DNA from: Polyangiaceae bacterium
GTDB lineage: Bacteria; Myxococcota_A; Polyangia; Polyangiales; Polyangiaceae
Length of the DNA stretch: 64,000 nt
Direction: 5' to 3'
Assembly: GCA_050287085.1 (NCBI GenBank)
Contig: JBNKBE010000003.1
Coordinates: 175,350-239,349, forward strand
Of the stretch, positions 60,636 to 64,000 are shown one piece after another. The notes under the pieces are model-generated. The model was not told the origin of the DNA. It made no database searches and saw only the letters and a list, made by a program, of their open reading frames with translations. Within the stretch, counting starts at the first letter, position 1. Every line of letters starts with the position of its first letter. The position numbers were made by a program, and so were the translations under genes.

Positions 60636-61577
60636 TCACAACGGGTGCTGCGACGACGCCGAGAGGCGCGCGCTTTGCCGCGAAAACCAACCCGCTGTCA
60701 GAAGGTCGAGGCGCACGCCGATCTGGCCGAGTTCCAGGACGAGCACCTCGACGGCTGGGGCCTTTCGCGCCGTTCGATGGGGTGGCTCACCGGGAGCAGG
60801 TGAACTTCGAGCCTGCGCCAGCTCGAGTTGCAGAGCCTGATATTTGAACAGCAGCTCCAGAGCCTGTTGCACTTGCTCCAGCGAGAGGCGCTCAAGCGCG
60901 TCTCGCTGACGCTCGAAGACGGGCTCCTGTCCACTCCACACCAGCTGGTCCAACTGCCAGCTCAGTTGCGCGCCGTAGCTGAAATCGCGCGCGCCCGCCG
61001 ACAGCCAACGATTGGGATCGGCGGTTGTCGGACTGTAGCGAAGCGAGCTATCGGCGCCGTAGCCGGCCCGTACGCGAACACCCGGTAGCCATGCGGCGCG
61101 GCGTGCCCGCGCCGTTAGCAGTTCAACCCGCGCGAAGCGGCTTGCCACTTGACGACGAACAGCACGCGCGAGCTCCCGTGCGAAGTGCCACTCCAGCGCC
61201 GGACTCCGAGGGATAGGGGCCGCCCGGGAAGCGTCATCACCCCCCACACCGCTCGGGCCCGTTTCGAATACCCCTGAGGCAGCGCTCTGCGCAGGTTCGA
61301 CCAAGGTCGTCGGCTCGAGCTGCCGACGCGGCTCCGAACCCTGCGCCGGGCCCTGCTCCGAACCCTGCTCCGGGCCGGAGCCCAGACTGACCTGTGCCCG
61401 AAGCTCGCGACTGGCCGTCAGCTGGAGTGGGTCTCGAGAACGCCCATAGCTGGCCCCCACCCGCAGAGTCGACCCCGCACACGCGCTGGCATCGACAGCC
61501 AAGAGCAGGGCCGCAACGACCCCCAGGTGAGCGACAGCAAGCCGGTCGCCTGCGCGACGAACAAGACGTCCAGACAT
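60636..61577 (-). CDS. Exported hypothetical protein
   Basis: Signal-like stretch; 12-bp-period GSEQ/GPEQ repeats; AAWLP.V.V and YGAQLSWQLD strands loosely like outer-membrane-factor segments. Confidence 0.6.
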   Translation of the reverse strand: MSGRLVRRAGDRLAVAHLGVVAALLLAVDASACAGSTLRVGASYGRSRDPLQLTASRELRAQVSLGSGPEQGSEQGPAQGSEPRRQLEPTTLVEPAQSAASGVFETGPSGVGGDDASRAAPIPRSPALEWHFARELARAVRRQVASRFARVELLTARARRAAWLPGVRVRAGYGADSSLRYSPTTADPNRWLSAGARDFSYGAQLSWQLDQLVWSGQEPVFERQRDALERLSLEQVQQALELLFKYQALQLELAQARSSPAPGEPPHRTARKAPAVEVLVLELGQIGVRLDLLTAGWFSRQSARLSASSQHPL

Positions 61578-61642
61578 GGCCCTCCGCTCGCCCCTCCTGC
61601 GTAGCAGTTGCGAGAAAAGAGCGCCCACTTAGGCGCCTCACC

Positions 61643-61691
61643 CCCGCCAGGCCTCAGCAGCCCCGCCAGGCCTCAGCCCGCCAGGCCTCAG
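61643..61691. repeat. 15-bp repeat CCCGCCAGGCCTCAG x3 containing the stop codon
   Basis: Copies at 61643, 61662 and 61677; TGA (61688-61690, minus strand) lies inside the last copy. Confidence 0.92.
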
Positions 61692-62698
61692 CCCCGGTGG
61701 CTAAACAGCAGCTGAGCGGCCCGCTCCGCCGGCTCCGACGAAGCCGCACCATAACGCGGCGCCCATAAAGGCTGCGGCGCGCCAGCGATGCAGGAGAACA
61801 CGGTTGCAACCCGAACGACACGCCACCGACCCTGCTCGCGCGCCAGAAGCGCGGCTCGTACCACTGAATCGGGGGCTCGCTCCAGAACCCGTGCCCCATT
61901 GGCGTTGCGTAGTGGCAGGCGGCTAGTGCGCACCTGCGGCCCAGAGCGACCCGGCACGTATTCACGAATCTCCAGCTCGGCGTCCCCAAGTCGTCCCTGA
62001 GCGGCATGATGGGTCCCGAGCTCCCAGCATACGTAGGTCTCCTCGCCGGAAATCAGGATCACCAATTGATCGCCTCCGACCATCGAATCCAAAGAGCGCG
62101 GCCGCTCGGCGCCATTCGAAGCCGGCTTCGGTGAAGCCACAACCGGCGGATACAGCGCCGGGACCGCCGCAGTATCCCCTTCGATGGCAGTTGGTGGCGC
62201 GGCAGCGCTAGCGTCGCTTTCCACAGGCGCCTGCCGATCGGACGCGGGTGCCGGCTCGACTGCCGGCCTGGACGGGGCCGCCTCTTGCGAAAGCCATTGA
62301 CTCCTGAGCGCCTCCGCCTTGTCGTGTAGAGGGTGGCGGGCAAGCACTTGGTCCAGAGTCGACAGCGCCCTGTCACGATGCCCTTGTGCCATGTAGATTT
62401 GCGCTAGAGTTACCGTCGGCAAAGGCGGTCGCTGAACGCGGCGTGCGGCCGGCCCAAACGCACGGATAGCATGAGCCGCCTGCGGCAGGTTGAGCCCTTG
62501 CTCAATGACGTTCGCGACGAGATGGCGCGCGACGCCAAACCAACCCAATCCCCCTGACGCTGGCGCTTTGGGCATCGCTTCCCCAGCAAGCGCCCGCATG
62601 AGTTCTTCGCTTGAGAGCGCCTCGGGCCGTTCGATTCCGGCCGAAAGCGCGGCGGCGATCAACTCGTGCCTGGCGATGGGAGGAGCGACGTCGGTCAC
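61688..62698 (-). CDS. Hypothetical protein with single TPR-like motif and Pro/Ala linker
   Basis: PTVTLAQIYMAQGHRDRALSTLDQVL; YVCWEL in the C-terminal domain. GTG 62698 chosen to avoid overlap with ribF. Confidence 0.65.
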   Translation of the reverse strand: MTDVAPPIARHELIAAALSAGIERPEALSSEELMRALAGEAMPKAPASGGLGWFGVARHLVANVIEQGLNLPQAAHAIRAFGPAARRVQRPPLPTVTLAQIYMAQGHRDRALSTLDQVLARHPLHDKAEALRSQWLSQEAAPSRPAVEPAPASDRQAPVESDASAAAPPTAIEGDTAAVPALYPPVVASPKPASNGAERPRSLDSMVGGDQLVILISGEETYVCWELGTHHAAQGRLGDAELEIREYVPGRSGPQVRTSRLPLRNANGARVLERAPDSVVRAALLAREQGRWRVVRVATVFSCIAGAPQPLWAPRYGAASSEPAERAAQLLFSHRG

Positions 62699-62840
62699 GT
62701 TGCTTGAGTTAGTGCATAGAACGGAGGGGAGCAACCCGGCTGCGCCAGAGAGCAAGCCAAATAGCGGCCTGCGCCCGTCGGACGCGAGGTTCCAACGCAG
62801 GCCATTAAGTCGGGCGCCGGCATTGTCCCCCCCCCTAGAC

Positions 62841-63758
62841 TCAGCCTCCCAAGGCCGGACCCGCGAGCAGCACGCGAGCCACCTCCACGTCGCGACCGAT
62901 CTGTTGCCGCAGCGCCTCGAGGTCGTCGAAACGGATTTCGGGGCGGATCGCCCCGACGAAGTCGAGCGCCAGCTCCTGACCGTATAGGTCACCGGGTGAC
63001 GTCAACAAATGTGCCTCGACCGAGACCTCACGACCGTCCACCGTGGGGCGGATGCCCACGTTGACCACCGCATCGAAGGACTCTGGTTCGGGGCCGCGCG
63101 CTGGCAGCACGGCGCGGCACGCATACACGCCGTTGCCAGGCAGCATCTCGCAAATCCCCGCTAGATTGGCCGTCGGAAAGCCGAGCCGCCGCCCCAATTG
63201 CCGCCCCTTCACAACTTGCCCCACAAGGCGATGCGGGCGTCCGAGCAGCGCAGCGGCCCCCTGCACATCGCCCGCGCTCAAGCGACTTCGCACCCGCGTG
63301 CTCGACACCACGCCCCCCGCATCTTGCAACAACAAACAAGCACTGGCCGCGAACCCCAGCTCCTCACCAAGCCCACGTAAGGTTGCGAGATCCCCGGCGC
63401 GCTGCCGCCCGAAACGAAAGTTCTCTCCAACGATGACCACCCGAGCGTTGTAGCGTCGTCGCAATATCTCGTCGGCAAACTGGCGCGGGCTCATCTGACT
63501 GAGCGCATGATCAAACGCCAGCACACTCACCGAGAGAGCGGGCGAAATGGCCTCAAGCAGCTGTACCTTGCGCTCTCGAGGCGTGAGCAAGGGAGGCGGC
63601 TCACGCCCGACTACAACAGCTGGATGCGGCTCAAAGGTGAGCACCGTAGGCACAAGCCCCCGCTCGCTCGCCTCTGCCACGACCGAGGTCACCAAATGCC
63701 GATGTCCGATGTGCACGCCATCGAAGTTGCCAATTGCGACCAGTCGCTCGGGATCCAT
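62841..63758 (-). CDS. ribF: Riboflavin kinase / FAD synthetase
   Basis: IGNFDGVHIGH, TFEPHP, VSSTRVR, LGFPTAN, NVGIRPT, EAH. Confidence 0.97.
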   Translation of the reverse strand: MDPERLVAIGNFDGVHIGHRHLVTSVVAEASERGLVPTVLTFEPHPAVVVGREPPPLLTPRERKVQLLEAISPALSVSVLAFDHALSQMSPRQFADEILRRRYNARVVIVGENFRFGRQRAGDLATLRGLGEELGFAASACLLLQDAGGVVSSTRVRSRLSAGDVQGAAALLGRPHRLVGQVVKGRQLGRRLGFPTANLAGICEMLPGNGVYACRAVLPARGPEPESFDAVVNVGIRPTVDGREVSVEAHLLTSPGDLYGQELALDFVGAIRPEIRFDDLEALRQQIGRDVEVARVLLAGPALGG

Positions 63759-63921
63759 GGGCGTTGGAGCAACCTAGCGGCGGCCACTCGCGATTGCTAG
63801 CGGAAACCGGCTTTCGAGGACCCGAACCAGCGCTCGACTTGGGCATACCGTCCATTGCGACCAGACAGCGACAACGGTGTCCTCTAGCGGGAACGCCAGA
63901 ATGCTGGCATGACCTCGCTTG

Positions 63922-64000
63922 ATGACCCCCGAGCAGGCGCTACGCAAGCTGTCCGATGACGGGCCGCAGCTCGTCTATCTGCTGCTCGGAGAAGAAGCAC
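63922..64000 (+). CDS. holA: Probable DNA polymerase III delta subunit, N-terminus only
   Basis: MTPEQALRKLSDDGPQLVYLLLGEE matches the HolA N-terminal VYLLxGEE pattern; only 26 codons visible. Confidence 0.6.
   Translation, partial: MTPEQALRKLSDDGPQLVYLLLGEEA

Noticed and set aside
62699..62992. N-terminal extension of ORF 61688..62992
   Set aside because: Overlaps the ribF 3' end and does not look protein-like.

Overview
GC-rich, gene-dense chromosomal window. Its gene repertoire (Hanks kinases, FHA, PP2C, TPR-PEGA proteins, Cys-rich lipoproteins, a TonB-C-fused TonB-dependent receptor) points to Myxococcota, probably Polyangiales-like; this is an inference. About 47 CDS are supported. Housekeeping genes are icd, hisC-like, an ABC-F, prfC, purB, gcvR-like, an HtrA protease, prmA, crcB, an Fpg/Nei glycosylase, xth, lolD/lolC-E, prfB with an intact programmed +1 frameshift, ribF and the start of holA. 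These are interleaved with signalling and envelope loci. I found no rRNA, tRNA, CRISPR array, transposase, integrase or phage gene. Highlights: (1) four unrelated 15-17 bp tandem repeats that each begin at or overlap a gene's stop codon; (2) a secreted Cys-rich GH12-fold lipoprotein with Phe in place of the catalytic nucleophile Glu; (3) three signalling proteins with catalytically degenerate modules (kinase-FHA-pseudo-GGDEF, multi-TM pseudo-sigma54 activator, kinase-pseudo-cyclase-STAND-TPR); (4) TPR-PEGA operons, with and without a kinase, whose proteins end in beta-signal-like aromatic tails; (5) a highly structured leader-like region upstream of the MBL-prfC pair. All calls come from motif reading by eye; no searches were run.
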